Positions 26,626 through 40,296 of a stretch of 64,000 nucleotides of DNA are shown here, in pieces. The notes beneath the pieces are model-generated. The model saw nothing but the letters and a program-made list of their open reading frames with translations. It made no database searches and was not told the origin of the DNA. The stretch spans positions 62,001-126,000 of the forward strand of contig JAAOMT010000684.1 in assembly GCA_016748015.1 (NCBI GenBank). Direction: 5' to 3'. The position numbers and the translations under genes are program-made. How positions within the stretch are numbered: position 1 is the stretch's first letter; each line of letters begins with the position of its first letter. Source of the DNA: Geosiphon pyriformis uo1 (taxonomy: Eukaryota > Fungi > Glomeromycota).

Positions 26626-27721
26626 TTTCACACAAAAAACGCCAAGAAAAACTTCCAAAGAGCATCACATGATAGATAACAGGTAGAAGTTTTAAAGTTT
26701 TCGTACAAATGTTACAAACCTGTCTAGTCATGCAAAGTATGTAGTTCAAATATTTCCCATGCACCAAGAAGAATTGTTTTTTTATTTTCAATATATTACC
26801 TCTCGCTCTAAACCAGTAATAATTTTCGTTCTACGGTCCATATCCGACGAACAACTTACATATCAGGATTCGGGATTTAGAGGGGCCGATTTATCATCTT
26901 CCATTTGACAATTGCTCTGTTATTGATGGTTGATTCCTATGAAAGGGAGATGAACAATCGAAGCACATAACTTTTTCGATCAGAAATATTGGATTAGCTC
27001 AATCCATTTCTTATCTGATATAACGATCTCATCAATAAACATACGGAAAAACTTTTTCGAATTCTTTGTTACGCTCTACACAAGTAAAGCTTTCCTAATT
27101 TTTCAAGCTTTTGAAATATTAAAGAACTCAAAGTGTTCTCATCAATGAAGTTAAGTTTTATTGCTTTGGGCTGTTGATTGGTCAAGAAATTCTTGATAAC
27201 ATTGATTCATTCAGTGTAGCAATTCTGATTTGACATATGAAACCATGTTTACTGAAAATATGATTAATTCGATGCTCATTATTAAAACTCAAAGGTTAAA
27301 AATTTCTTTAAATTATGTAAGTTTGTATCGATCTCATTACAAAAATAATTTTTTAGAGAAATTCAAAATTAATTATAATATCCTAGTGCATAAAATGATA
27401 GAAATATCTTGGCAAAAGATCTTCATTTAAGTACGCTTTGCCCAATCGGTTTTGGGATTACAATTTTGCCATATTTCTCATATAAAGTGGACTTTAATAA
27501 CTCGGAGTTTGCCAAGAGAAAGCAAAATTTTTAAATTACGTAATTAAAATTTTGTGAAATTGAACCTTTCTATTTAAATCTTTGAATTAAACTAGTTCAC
27601 CCGTAAAAATTAATATTCGTAACCAAGCCTACTACATATTGTGTCAAAAGCAAATAAGCATCTATAGCGAGTTTTGAAAAAAAAAATTAAAATAAGCAAA
27701 ACTTTTGAGCCTGTAAAAAAA

Positions 27722-28918
27722 ATGAGGATTGACAAGTTGATTGGAAATGAAATTCAATCAGAAATCCCTTCAATTAATACGCTACCCCTTACACGTTTAT
27801 TAAGCAAAAGCAACTATATTCTGATCAATGATGTTCCAAAGGAAGAAAATTTTCCTTTTAGTTTTCCAGTGTTAATTACTGAGGAAAAAGGCCCTGTCGA
27901 TGATTTGGTAGCTTCTGATGACCCATTACCAATTTCGATGAAGATTGAATCACCAGAGACATCGAAACGAGGACTTAAATTTCGATTCATTCTATGTGAA
28001 GCCCCACCAGAGATACAGGAAAAGTCTGGTGTTCAAGATTTTTCAAAAGGCTCAAAATTTCCCACCTCTTCTTCTTCTTCTTTAACAGAGATCAATTCAG
28101 TTTCACCAGAAATAAAGCCTCCTTTATCTTACAATTATAAAGTAAAAAATCATAAAATTCCTCAATATGAAAGAACTCAAAAATGTCCATATCCCGCAAA
28201 GTTCCCAACTAAATCTTTTGAAGGGCTCACTTTCAAACTTAATAATGAGCCAAAAACTGTAGCGACAAACTTTCAATATAGTCAAAGTATGGAGCCAGAA
28301 AATTCGAAAATCAATTCTATGTCTTCTCAAATTTTATCATCAGATAAAGTTTTAACAGAAACAAAAACTTTCACTGAGATTGTCTATGAAAAAATAAGCA
28401 ATAAATCTGAATATAAACCGAGAAAAATAACTAATCGTCGGCAACATCGGCGAAAGGGAAACTCGTTTGCGCGTGTGATGGCCGATCGTGGTTTGATCGA
28501 ATCAACGCTAATGACGATTCCTATGATCAATCTACCCACTGCCGATCTTAAATCTGGACGGTTTCCATTCCCACCAACGATTGAATTTCCTCAAATGGTC
28601 CGAGAACTTGAAGATTTAAAATTGGAGACAACTGGCTTGAAGATAAAGCCGGATATTACTTGGAAGAGTGCTCCTTTATCGATTCAACATCTGCCCCACT
28701 ATGAAGCATTGCATGAGACCGAAGCATATGTTGCGTCAATTTTGCGGCTAACACCAATTCAATACATTAATGCTAAACATTCATTAATAACAGCAAAACG
28801 CCGGTATGACGCCCGCCTTTTACCTTTTCGCAAAAGTGATGCACAAAAGTTTCTTAGAACTGATGTCAACAAAGCTAGTAAGCTTTGGGAATTTTTCACT
28901 CAACTTCAGTGGATATAG
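27722..28918 (+). CDS. SWIRM-domain protein (Fun19/YOR338W-like)
   Basis: Single ORF, first ATG at 27722. Low-complexity N-terminus; C-terminal ITWK..PL.I.HLP.Y..LH..E..VASILRL....Y...K..FRKSDAQK....DVNKASKLWEFF...WI. Confidence 0.88.
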   Translation: MRIDKLIGNEIQSEIPSINTLPLTRLLSKSNYILINDVPKEENFPFSFPVLITEEKGPVDDLVASDDPLPISMKIESPETSKRGLKFRFILCEAPPEIQEKSGVQDFSKGSKFPTSSSSSLTEINSVSPEIKPPLSYNYKVKNHKIPQYERTQKCPYPAKFPTKSFEGLTFKLNNEPKTVATNFQYSQSMEPENSKINSMSSQILSSDKVLTETKTFTEIVYEKISNKSEYKPRKITNRRQHRRKGNSFARVMADRGLIESTLMTIPMINLPTADLKSGRFPFPPTIEFPQMVRELEDLKLETTGLKIKPDITWKSAPLSIQHLPHYEALHETEAYVASILRLTPIQYINAKHSLITAKRRYDARLLPFRKSDAQKFLRTDVNKASKLWEFFTQLQWI

Positions 28919-29264
28919 CATAAAAGAAATGATAATATGACATATATAAAAATTTGATTAAATCAAGGTGCAAAGACATTTTAGGTTAAAAGCATTGAGT
29001 TTATTTAGTTTTCAAATTGGGAACAATAAGTGGTATAGAAAATAAAAAAATAAATGACGTATTTTCTTTAAAATTATGAGGTAATCAAACGATCATCAAC
29101 AAACAAGGATTTTCCAATCAAAAAAATTTCGGTTGGAAGCAAATGAAACGATTGTTTTATTAAATTTTGGTTTTGGCTATAAGGAAAAGTTTGATGTATA
29201 GTTTTTATAGACTAAATGGGGCATACTGCATATCAAGGATTTCAGGGATCAATAGTGTTTGTTT

Positions 29265-32200
29265 AACATCACAATTGTGTTACAATGTAATGTGATCATG
29301 ATATCATTTGTATTAAAATTATTTCTAGATAAAAATAGTTAATATGAAACCAATTTACATTAAGTCTTCTATAGAACCAAAGAAATATATTACAATCAGA
29401 AGTATTTTGAAAAATAAACAAGGTGAAAAAATTGCTCCTTATATTTTCAAAGTAAATAATGCTCAAGTACTAAAAGCTTACTAAAAAAAAAGGATTACTT
29501 ATAAAATTTACCAAAAAAATAAATAATAATAAATGTTAAAGAAAATTATTATGATAATATATTATTACTTAATAAAAAGCAAAAATCTTTACTATTATTT
29601 TTTTTAACAGTTGAAATGAATTTCAATTTATACAAAATTTTTTTAAACTACTTTTTATTTTCGATCAAAATTATTTTTTGTTTTTTTAACTTTAATTTGA
29701 ATAACTTGTTGGTTTTATTGTTTTATTAATTATTTAATCTTTTTTTTAAGTCTTTTATTTTATTTAATAATGTTTATCTTGTTTATTATATTAATCTTTT
29801 TAAATTTTTAAGGTTTTTAAATAAATACTAATTTTTTTAGCACTAATTAATTGTTATTTTAAATTTTTATTCTGTTGTTTTATTTTACCAATATATTTTT
29901 GTGCCATTATTTCTATTATTGTTGGATTTAATTGTTTTTTTTTTTAAATTACAAAAACAATCTATTCTGTTTTTTATAACTTAATTATAATTATTATAAC
30001 ATGGCAAAATATTATTATTAAGAGTTTTTTTATATTTAACATAATTATAAACAATATTATAGTAATTATTATTATTTATAATAAAAATTACCATTTTATA
30101 ATTAGCAATTAAACTTTTTTTTTCAAAGAAACAAAAATTACAATGTTATTTATTTATTTTAATTTATTAATTTTATACTAATTTTTTTATAAAATATAAA
30201 TATTAAAGTTTTTTTTGATTATTTTTTCTTTTTTTAATAAAAATAGTAGTTTTTGAAATTGTTTATTTGTTAAATAATTCTGTTATGTTTTAATTTTTTT
30301 TTACAACTTTATTTACTTAAAAGCTTTTTTTAAGTTGTTATTTTTGCTTTATTTTTTACTGTTTAATCAATTTAAAAGCATCTTAATAATATTTAAATGT
30401 TTTTTTTTTAATTTTTAATGTTTTTTTTTTAATTTTTTAATTTGGTTTTTTTAACTTTTTTTTATATTTTTGATTTTGTTTAAACTTTTAAAAATCTAAA
30501 TTACTGATTTTTTACATATTTTAAAATTAAGTTATTTGAATAATTAATAAATTTTTTAATATCTTTTTAATATTATTATTATTAAATCAAATTTTTTAGC
30601 TTATTTTCTGGTTTTATTAGGATTTATTGTTATTTTTAACTTATTTTTATTTATTTATTTCTTGTATTATGTTTTCTTAAAAACATAATGACTAACTCCA
30701 TTTTTATTATTAAAAAATTAATTAGTAATATGTTAAATTTTTAGTTTAAAATTTTTTTTTATTTGTTAATTGTTTTTTTTTGATTTTTATTTTCTTTTAT
30801 TTATTTTTATTGTTTTTTTAAAGTTTACTTATAATATTTGTTATAATTTTTTTTTATTATCTTTTTTATGAAAACATATTAAGTATATAAATTATTTTGA
30901 TACTTTTTAAAAAAAATAAAAAAACTAATAATATTTCTTAAAAGATTAAACTTAATAATAGTAAAAACAAAATTAAAAAGATTTTATTTTATTTATTTTT
31001 AATATAAAATAATATTTTTATATTTATTTTTTATAAATAAACAAATATTATAATAAAAATATTCTTGTTTTTTGTAATTTTTTAAAATAAATTCCCAAAT
31101 AACTTTAATATTTAAGTATTAAAAAATTTTTTTATCTATTCAATTTTATTAGACTAAATTTTTTTATTATATTAATTATATAACTTAAATAATTTATTCT
31201 TGTTTTTTTATAAAGTTTTTTTATTAAATTAAAACTATTATTATATTTGAATTTAGTTTGTTTAAAAACAATAAAATTTTATTTATATTTTTATAATAAT
31301 TACAAATCACCAAATACAAGTAAAACCAAATTATTATATTATTTTTATTTTGTTATTTAATATTATTATAAGTAATTTTTAAATGCTTTTTATTTTTATT
31401 TAATTTTTTAATTTTATTAAAAATCATATTAAGTATGTTATTATATTTTTCTTTGATTTTATTTTTATTAAGAACATAATTAATTTGTTTTTTTATTGTT
31501 TTATTTTAAATATCAAATAAATAAATTTTATATAAATTAACATAACAAATTTTATTTATTTATTAATTTACATATAACATATAAATATTTTGGCTTAATT
31601 ATAACTATAATAAACAGTAATATTAATATTACAATATTGTAATTTACTTTAAAAATAATTTTAACTAATTAATTTTCTTTATTTTTTAATTAATTTAGTA
31701 TTTTTATTATAATAATTTTTTTAATTTTGTTTTAAATAGATGTTTTTTAAATTTTTAAGCAATTTTTTGGTTTTTTCTTGGTAAATATTATAATATAAAT
31801 TATTTTAAAAATGGTAACAAATATTATACAAATTAGTTTTAGAACTTATAATTTATATTTTTGGTGTTAATTAATATTACAATTTTTTAAAAACATTATA
31901 TTTTAAGAATTTTAAATTATTATCTTCTTTTAGATCAATTAGAAAATTTTGTATATTAATTTATAACTTATTTCAATTAATAAAAATATAATTAAACAAA
32001 TTTTTCTATTAATATTTTTTTAAATTTAATAATTTATAAATTTTTGCATAATTTCCAAAAAAAAATCATGATTTTTATAACATTTTTATTAATTACCATT
32101 TTAGTTTTTTATTAAACCATTTTCTTAATATTATCATAAATTTTTGATAAGGACTATTGTTTATTTGATAATTTTTAATATTTTTAAAATAAGTTTTACT

Positions 32201-34140
32201 AATTCTTAATATATTAAGTTAAAGTTTTTTAATAAAGAAATATATTGTAATTTTAATGATAAATTTTTTTTATTAAATCTAGTTTTCTTTTTAAGATATT
32301 TGTTAGTGCTTATTAATATATTATCTATTACTTTAAGTTGAATTATTAAAAATAGAATATATACATAGTTTAAACAAAAATGAATAAATATTAAAAGAAA
32401 AATTTATGGAATTTTCAATATGAAACCAAGTATTTTTGAATAAAAAATAAGTTATTTATTAATTAGTGCATATATATATATCATTAACTTAATACTTATT
32501 TACATTTATTTTGATCATCCTTAAATATGTAATATGTATTTATAATAAAGCTCATAACTATTTATATAAAATGAAAATTAGTAGTTGTTTTTATATAGTA
32601 CAACAAATAACTACAATATATTTCTATATATAAATTATAAATAAGTTTTTAATTTTTATAATTTAATTATATTGATTGTTGATTAATACTGTTAAGTTTA
32701 TTTTTAGAATTAAAAAATCTATTTATATTTGTAAATAATATAATTAATATTAAGAATTTAGCAAGATTAAATATGTAATAACTATAACTACATCAATAAT
32801 AAAAAGTATATTTAATAATGTTTTGAATTGTTTAAAACTTTATTAGTAAGACTATTATAATTTTTTATTGATATTTGTATTAGTAATAATATTTAATTGA
32901 TACTTATATATATAGAAAAGAAATTAATATCTAATATTATGTTTAATTATTATCAAATAATTTATTTAAGAATTGTTTATAAAGCCAAAAAACTTAAACT
33001 CAGCCATTGTAAATGTATAAAAGCTTTTATATTTGCAAAAACTATATATAATTATTCAAAATGGTTACAAATATTGAAAAATGTTTTTAATAATTTTTTA
33101 AAAGAAAATTTATCAAATAATAAAGTTTAAAATTCAAAAATATTAGAAATTTAGTTTATTAATAAGGTCTATTGTATTCATGTATTTAGAGTTAATATAT
33201 TATGTGATCAATATTTTGGTTATTACATAAAAATTTAAATAATCAGATAATAGAAATAAAACTTTTTAAAAATAAACTGTATTTTGAACTAAAGAGACCA
33301 ACTTTTAATTTTTTAGCAGTTTACAAATATTAAATGTCTTTACTATATACTAGAAACTTCATATTTTTTCAAAGTAAGATGCTAACATTTGTTGTTAATA
33401 TTTATTTATTCTTTTTATTTTTCTTATATTAGCAAAATATTGTTAAAAAAATAAACTTAATATCTGATTCAAAAAAAGTAAATCATTCATATAATGAAAT
33501 ATTGTACTGCAATTCAAATACTTTAAAAAAAAACAAAGCATTTCAAGATTAAGTTCACCCAAAAAACAGATTTTACTCCAAAAACAAAAAAAAATAATAT
33601 TCTAATTAATAACACACAAATTAGTATCTTTAAAATTTAAAATTGACTTAAGAACTCGAATTTTATTAACGCAATAATAAAATAAAATAAAATTTTTAAT
33701 TTTTTTTAAAATTGTTTTAACAATGAATTTATTTAAATTTTTCAATTTTGATGATAATGTTTTATTTAACAGATTGTTGTATAGTGTATTATTGAAAAAA
33801 AAGCCTATTTTATGCATGAATTAATCCGAGATCTTTCATATAGATTAATTTAAAAATTTGTGAAATTTTTTATGTATCTCTGTAGATTTTTATTATTGTT
33901 TATTATTTTTCTTTCTTCTTGATAAGTAAACCTTTTTTTAGATAAGCTTCAAGTGTCTAAGTATCATTTATTTTGAAAATATAAGGAGCAATTTTTTATC
34001 TTGTTTTTTCTTCAAAATACTTATAATGATGTTATATTCTTGGGCTCTATAGTAAACCTAATGTAAATAATTTTCATATTAACTATTTTTGTCTAGACAA
34101 ATATTATGATCACATTACATCGTAATACAATTGTGATGTT
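29265..34140. mobile_element. Decayed DNA transposon with ~220-240 bp terminal inverted repeats, probably Mutator/MULE
   Basis: 29265-29502 (aacatcacaattgtgttacaatgtaatgtgatcat...attgctccttatattttcaaa) is the diverged reverse complement of 33922-34140. Flanking 9-mers tgtttgttt (29256-29264) and tacttgttt (34141-34149) match at 7/9, a candidate TSD. The interior is extremely AT-rich with no intact ORF. Confidence 0.8.
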
Positions 34141-35503
34141 TACTTGTTTGGTTTTGTTGCAGTATACTTTAAATAATGATCACATATTTCTACATCTACA
34201 AATAAGAACAAATTAGAATATAAAGTTTATTAAAAATAAATCGGGTGGCTAGTCACGTGTATAAAGCAAATATTATAGAACATGATACTGTTTTGATATT
34301 AATCATCAACATTATTAATATATAATATTCAAAATGTAATTTTTCAACTAATTATGTTATATTATATTTAAATCTGGCCAATTATTTAGTTCAAAGTATT
34401 TTCTATTTTCTGATTTTTGATTTATTAAAATTATCTTATTTTAGACAAAATATTTAGTTTTTATATATTAATATTCAACTATTTCTAAAGATAACACTTT
34501 GTTTTAGGAAAGTTTTTTTACTAATCATAATCAAAAAACATTTTATTGAATGACAAATATACGTCCTTCTTTCTATTTGAAAAGCATGTATCAACATTGT
34601 TAAGAATTTAAATTAAACTGACAAAGAAAGAGAGAAAGAAAGAAAGAATCAACTCATACAATTTAAATAAGTAGCATGAAAAAATTTCTTAAAAGAAAAG
34701 AACAATTTTTTGTTTTTGGTTTTGTTTACGTCTAGCTAATTCTTAATTTGCTGCTATAGATTTTGATTCTTAAAAAAACCCTAACTTTAATTTGAGATAT
34801 ACCTTTGCCACATTCCGAGATTGATTCACTAAATTTGTTTTATTTGTTACTTCGTTTTATATCTTTAATAAAATTCAGCTAATAATTTTTCACTCTTATT
34901 GTGGAAGGAAATCATAAGTAGTTAGTCAAAGTAAGTTGGACATGGACTTAAAGCCTTTTAGTATTAGGTGATTCAAAAAAAATTCAATCAGCGTATTTCA
35001 TTAGATTGGCATTTACCAATTTTAGCCTTACTCTTATAGCTTCCTTTCGGATTTTAAATTTCCAAAAGGGTTTCTTTTATCTTTAAGAAAGTATCATAAT
35101 GCATATGTAATAATTAAGGAGTTCATATCTACCTAAAACTTGAAGCAAATTGACGACGTAACAATAAGATAAGACTAGAATATCAGGCCCATACTATCAT
35201 ATTATCATATCATCATATCCTGATTTTAATGTAATAGCGACCCTGAAGTCATTCTCATATGTAACTTTTGAAAAAAAATATCCTGTAATTGTACCTATGA
35301 GCTTACAGAGTTTCAAAGAAATTAAAATTATATTACAGAAACTTAAGTTGTTCCAATCACTTTGGTTAATAGGAACGAATAGTGTGGTAAAATGATTTGA
35401 TTTCATGATTATGCCTTCTAATAGTCTATAATCTTATTAATAAGCTCTGAATATTCCCTTTATTCAACCCGTAAAAATTATTTTTCCCTCGATCTCCTCA
35501 AAA

Positions 35504-36011
35504 ATGATAGTAAGGTAAGTTATTGCAAAACTCCCTCCTTGCAAATTCAGCCCTCCAAACTATTTAAATATTTCTGTCCTACAATTTTATTAGTGAAAAT
35601 GATAAGGTTGAGAAAATTATCTTTCAAACAGGTAGGGTTGTTCGTTCGCAAAACTTGTCAAAATCTTTCGCGATATTATCTTTCATTTTTTTCATTCCTT
35701 ACCACAAATTATGACCCACAGCTGGTTTCGATGCCCGCTTTCCAAACACAAACCAAACAAAGCATTGTTTTCAAAATTATATTGACTATTACAAGTGCAT
35801 TAAATCCAAGGGTGAAAATTATCGCCCTTGTAAGCAATTCTATCAGGCTTTTCACAGTCTTTGTCCAAATGATTGGGTAGGTTTATTGTTTTTAACATTT
35901 GTTCCCATTAAAACTGTTAAAATATATTCTCGCCACTCGTATGATTTGCAGATTGCTCGCTGGGATGAACAACAAGAAAGAGGTGCTTTCCCGGTGAATC
36001 TTGATGAATGA
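35504..36011 (+). CDS. COX12: Cytochrome c oxidase subunit 6B
   Basis: Exons 35504-35514, 35594-35631, 35722-35876 and 35952-36011 give MIVSENDKVEKIIFQTAGFDARFPNTNQTKHCFQNYIDYYKCIKSKGENYRPCKQFYQAFHSLCPNDWIARWDEQQERGAFP. Diagnostic DARFPNxNQ and Cx9C/Cx10C. Absent from the ORF track. Confidence 0.96.
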
Positions 36012-36673
36012 ATCATATAATCAACCGATTCAAAACTCTTTCAAAATTAGATGAATTTTGGCTACGACCACCCGTAAGAGAGTTTTAGTTTTTTGAACTT
36101 GCTCTGTTTTCTCAGATTAAATTAATCGAGTTGAATACGTTTCGCCTTTCAAAAAGACGTTTTGTCCATCGGGGCTTCGGCATTTTAAATGTAGGAAGAT
36201 CAAAGCTAACATTATTTTTATCCTGTTGCGCATTTACAAGTGTTAGTGGAATTAAGTATGTATAACGTATTTTTTGAACATTGAAATAATTTTGCTTCCT
36301 ACCCAGTTATGAAATACAATATTTAATGAAGCCCGAAAATGTTGGGCTCAATAAACTTTATCGAACCAGTGACTTTTTGCGAGAAGTTAGGAAAGCATAA
36401 TTTTTAATCGGATCTTACCGATGAAAATAGATGTTTCTCTCCGGAGGTTAAAAAGCACGTTCACGTGCACCAAACATAAGCTTTTTAGGGTATACCAATC
36501 AAAAGGTGTTAGTATCAGGTCATGCATTGCATGTTCGGGACCAAGACAACTTTTTCCATTATTTATTAATTCAAACCAATTAAAAGATGAAATGTGATTG
36601 CTGCAGCAAAACAATAACACCAGAGAATTGGCTATAAATATCAGTTGACTTTCCCTTACCCAATTTAATCAAA

Positions 36674-38162
36674 ATGTCTTCCGATTTTTTGCTACTTCTA
36701 TCAAAGGATCTTGGAAGACTTTTACAAGAAGAAGCTAATTACAATGTTCTACTACACATTGGCGAAGGGACAAATATGAAAACATTTCGAGCTCATTCAA
36801 TACTTTTACGAGCACGTTCTTTGTATTTTCGCATAGCACTATCGAGTGATTGGGTTAGAATGGAAAATAATATAATAATATTTCATAAACCAAATATTAA
36901 AGCGGACACATTTCAAGTTATTCTAGAGTAATGTTTTATGAACACTTTCCTTTGTTGTTTGAAGTTACCCTTTGGGAAAAACATCCAAATTCACAATTAA
37001 ACTTAAATTTATTAGTTACATTTATACGGGGAAAATAACTATTGAAAAGATTCATCCCGAGATAATCTTAGAGATTCTGGTAGCAGCAGATGAACTTCGC
37101 TTAGAAGAAATATTCACTTTTATCCAAGATTATCTGGTCTATCGAAAAACTCAGTGGTTACGGCAAAATTTTGAGCAAGTTTACCAAATAGCCAACACAA
37201 ATCCTTCATTTAATAGGCTTCAAGAATTTTGTATGGTTTACATACGTGAACATCCGGAAGAGCTTTTGAAATTGAAAGCATTCTTATCTTTTGATGAATA
37301 CCTCGTTGCTGATATTTTAAAAAATGATATAATCAATATTCCAGAAATTGAGATTTGGGGCATTCTTTTAGATTGGGGAGTTTCAAATACTCCTTCGATT
37401 AAAAGTTCGGATAGCTCAGATTGGTCAGATGAGGATTTTTTTGAATTACAAAAAACATTGCAAAATTGTCTGCCATTGATTCGATATCGGCATGTCACAT
37501 CGAATGATTTTATCACGAAAATAAAACCATTAGAAAAACTTTTCCCTTTTGGACTTTTTCGACGAATAACTGGTTTTCAAAATAAACTTATGGTTGAGAC
37601 ATATTTTGGATTACCTCCAACAAGAGATGGTTTTACCTCACGACTAATTACCTTGGAACAGATGCTGCGAATTAGTGGTTGGATTCATCCATTCTCGCAA
37701 GGGAACAAGATACAGCTTCTTTTACGTGCAAGCCGTGATGGCTTCTCAGCCTCAGATTTCCATAGATTATGCGATGAAAAAGGTCCTACAATCACAGTGG
37801 TAAAATTGCGAAAAAATGGTAGACTCATTGGAGGTTATAATCCTTTAAGTTGGGATTCTTGGTCGGGTACGCATCATGCAAGCAAGAGTTTTATCTTTTA
37901 CCTTGATAAAAGCGATGTAGCTCGAAGTCCTTTATTTGGAGATCAACCCGATTATCCAGGATCTATTCAGTGTGGCTGGCATCATGGACCAGCATTTGGG
38001 AGTGGCCCTGATTTAATATTAACAGGAGGCAATGCTACAATTTTTTCCCACAAAACACATGCTCTTTATTACAAAGAAGGACCAATTTTAAATCGAGCAA
38101 AGCATAAATCAGGTGAATATGGAATTGAAGATTATGAGGTTTTTAGTGTTGGATTCAGATAA
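36674..38162 (+). CDS. BTB/POZ-BACK-TLDc domain protein
   Basis: Exons 36674-36927 and 37016-38162. BTB (FRAHSILLRARSLYF..YIYTG..ILVAADEL), BACK (EIEIW..LLDWG..LPLIRY), TLDc (LLLRASRDGFSASDFHRLCDEKGPTITVVK..IGGYNP..GPAFG..DYEVF). Confidence 0.94.
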
Positions 38163-39219
38163 TTAGCTTATTTTGAAGGTAACATCTGAAGTCAAATTAA
38201 ATCTTGAAATAATTTCGATTAAACGGGTCCAAATTTCCAGAGTTAAACATGCACTCGTTAGCTAACTTAAAAACTGTGATGGCGCAGTGTTGGTTTTCGC
38301 GAATCTATCTGGTCAACCTGACCATTGACCACTGACCTCTGACCTCGGAGAAGGAAAGAAAACCGTCCAAACAATTTATGTTTTGCTGGGCCCGCCAGAT
38401 ACTGGTGATTACATAATAGCTATTGACGATTAGCTATCCTCAAAAAGTACTTTTGAATTATTAATACCCGGGCCGCGACACCCTTAAAGGGTTCATTGCT
38501 GATTAGGGTCCTGATTTTAAATTTACATCTGAATATTATATCTATTTTAGAAAACCTTGATGATTTTCCAAATAATTCTAATTGAAGCTTGCAAAGGGCT
38601 AATTGTATATTCAAAGAATTTTACATTCGAAAAAAAATAATTCCTTGTTATAAAATTCATCTCATCCTTTATCAACATCAATATATTTTTTTTCTAGACC
38701 TTTCTATAAAAGTATCAACATGTAACTCGCTGAAATTTGATTCGTTTGATTCGCATACCAAACAATATCAATATTTTATTAGTTTCGTGAGCCGTAAAAA
38801 TATAACTGGAATACAAGATACCACTCTAACCGTTAATGGATCTTCACTGCAACAGCCCTCAAAAATACGACTTATGAGATTTTGAATTTGATATTTTCAA
38901 GTTACTCAACTAACTTCTTTTGGCAACTAACTAATTTATTCAGTTAGTCTATCTGACCAAGCATGGCTTCACTCACAGATAATTTAACTCGTTTATTTAA
39001 TTTTCAAAAGTGTTCAAAGAGATGAATATGAAAAGATGTAATTGGAAATAATATTCAATGTTCTTTTTTTCGTTTTTTGAAAGGGATCTAAATATTGATA
39101 AACAGGATGATTCCGATCACAAATGACATGGGAATTTGAAAAGCGGACCAAAAAAAGAGGGATTTCATGATGGTTGCAACAATCTAAAAAAAATTCGTGG
39201 TTTATCAAAGGTGTTCCTC

Positions 39220-40296
39220 TTATTGAGTATTTTCAATTCTACTTTGCGTGATAACGGTCCGTAGAATTGTGCCGTATTGCTTGCATTCGTCCTCGACTGT
39301 GCGCCATTTATTCTTGACAGTTTTAGCGACAAATTTTGACATTGGAAAATCATCATCACCATCACCATCACAACATTTATCTAATTTTTCAATTAAAGAT
39401 TCGAGTTTAGTTACTTCTGATCCCCAAAATACTTCAAATTCTCCAAGATCACAAATTATGTGGCGGAGGTTTTCAGTCAGGGAATCAATAGTAATGATGC
39501 TCTGATTAACAAGTTCTTTCTGTTTTTGGATATCTTCGATCAATTGTGAGATATCGGTAGTAGCTTTCGCGGCGTTTTCTTCATTTTTTTTAGCGAATAA
39601 AGTTTGCAGGAACGCTGCTACTGAACTCCCAACAGTAATAGTACCACTGGTAGCGAGTAAACCTTCAGCGATTGCAATCGATAAAGCAACCCCAGGTAAA
39701 GCTATGACAACAACGGCCCCACCAATAATGGCAACAGTAGCACCTAGCTTCACATTTTGCCAATGACGCTCAGCATTTTCAATATTTTCATCAAGATCTT
39801 CTCTCTTGGTGCGCAACGTGTTCTCGTTGAGTTTAATCAAGTCTTCAGTGTCATGAATAATCGGTTTATATTCACGAAGATCATCTTGAGTTTTGTTTAG
39901 ATTTTCGGTTAACTTACGGTACTGGTCTAGGAGCTCTTTTGACTTTTTATGATTATTCTTGGCTTGATTCAATAACTCACGAGCCCCCACCCAAACGTCG
40001 TGAACATCGTTTTGGTTATCAAGACAAAAATCCACATATTCAATTAAGTCACTAGCGTACAAAGCCATCAGAGTACTTTGGACAATCGATTCCTCAGTGA
40101 TTTGACGAAAATGTCCACCATAAACTTTAATTTCACGGATTTGAGTCGAGATAAACTCGTTTTTGGTACCATGATTTTGACAATTTTGAAACTTTTTCAA
40201 AATGCTCTGTGTCGAGGATACAAGAGCCTGAAAGTTCATGACATTAGGGGGTAAGAGTTCATTCGCACTAACACTTGTCTCGGACATCTCCTTCAT
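39220..40296 (-). CDS. 358-aa helical protein with a central hydrophobic hairpin; candidate HBL/NHE/ClyA-like alpha-pore-forming protein
   Basis: Intact single ORF, with a probable 5'-UTR intron at about 40377-40300. Coiled coils flank a ~45-aa Gly/Ala-rich hydrophobic stretch (LGATVAIIGGAVVVIALPGVALSIAIAEGLLATSGTITVGSSVAAF). C-terminal helices carry W residues (FEVFWGSEV; KNKWRTVEDECKQY). The ORF is secure; the family is inferred. Confidence 0.6.
   Translation of the reverse strand: MKEMSETSVSANELLPPNVMNFQALVSSTQSILKKFQNCQNHGTKNEFISTQIREIKVYGGHFRQITEESIVQSTLMALYASDLIEYVDFCLDNQNDVHDVWVGARELLNQAKNNHKKSKELLDQYRKLTENLNKTQDDLREYKPIIHDTEDLIKLNENTLRTKREDLDENIENAERHWQNVKLGATVAIIGGAVVVIALPGVALSIAIAEGLLATSGTITVGSSVAAFLQTLFAKKNEENAAKATTDISQLIEDIQKQKELVNQSIITIDSLTENLRHIICDLGEFEVFWGSEVTKLESLIEKLDKCCDGDGDDDFPMSKFVAKTVKNKWRTVEDECKQYGTILRTVITQSRIENTQ

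Noticed and set aside
38322-38346. Four closely spaced TGACC motifs downstream of the BTB gene
   Set aside because: Between convergent gene ends, with no evidence of function.
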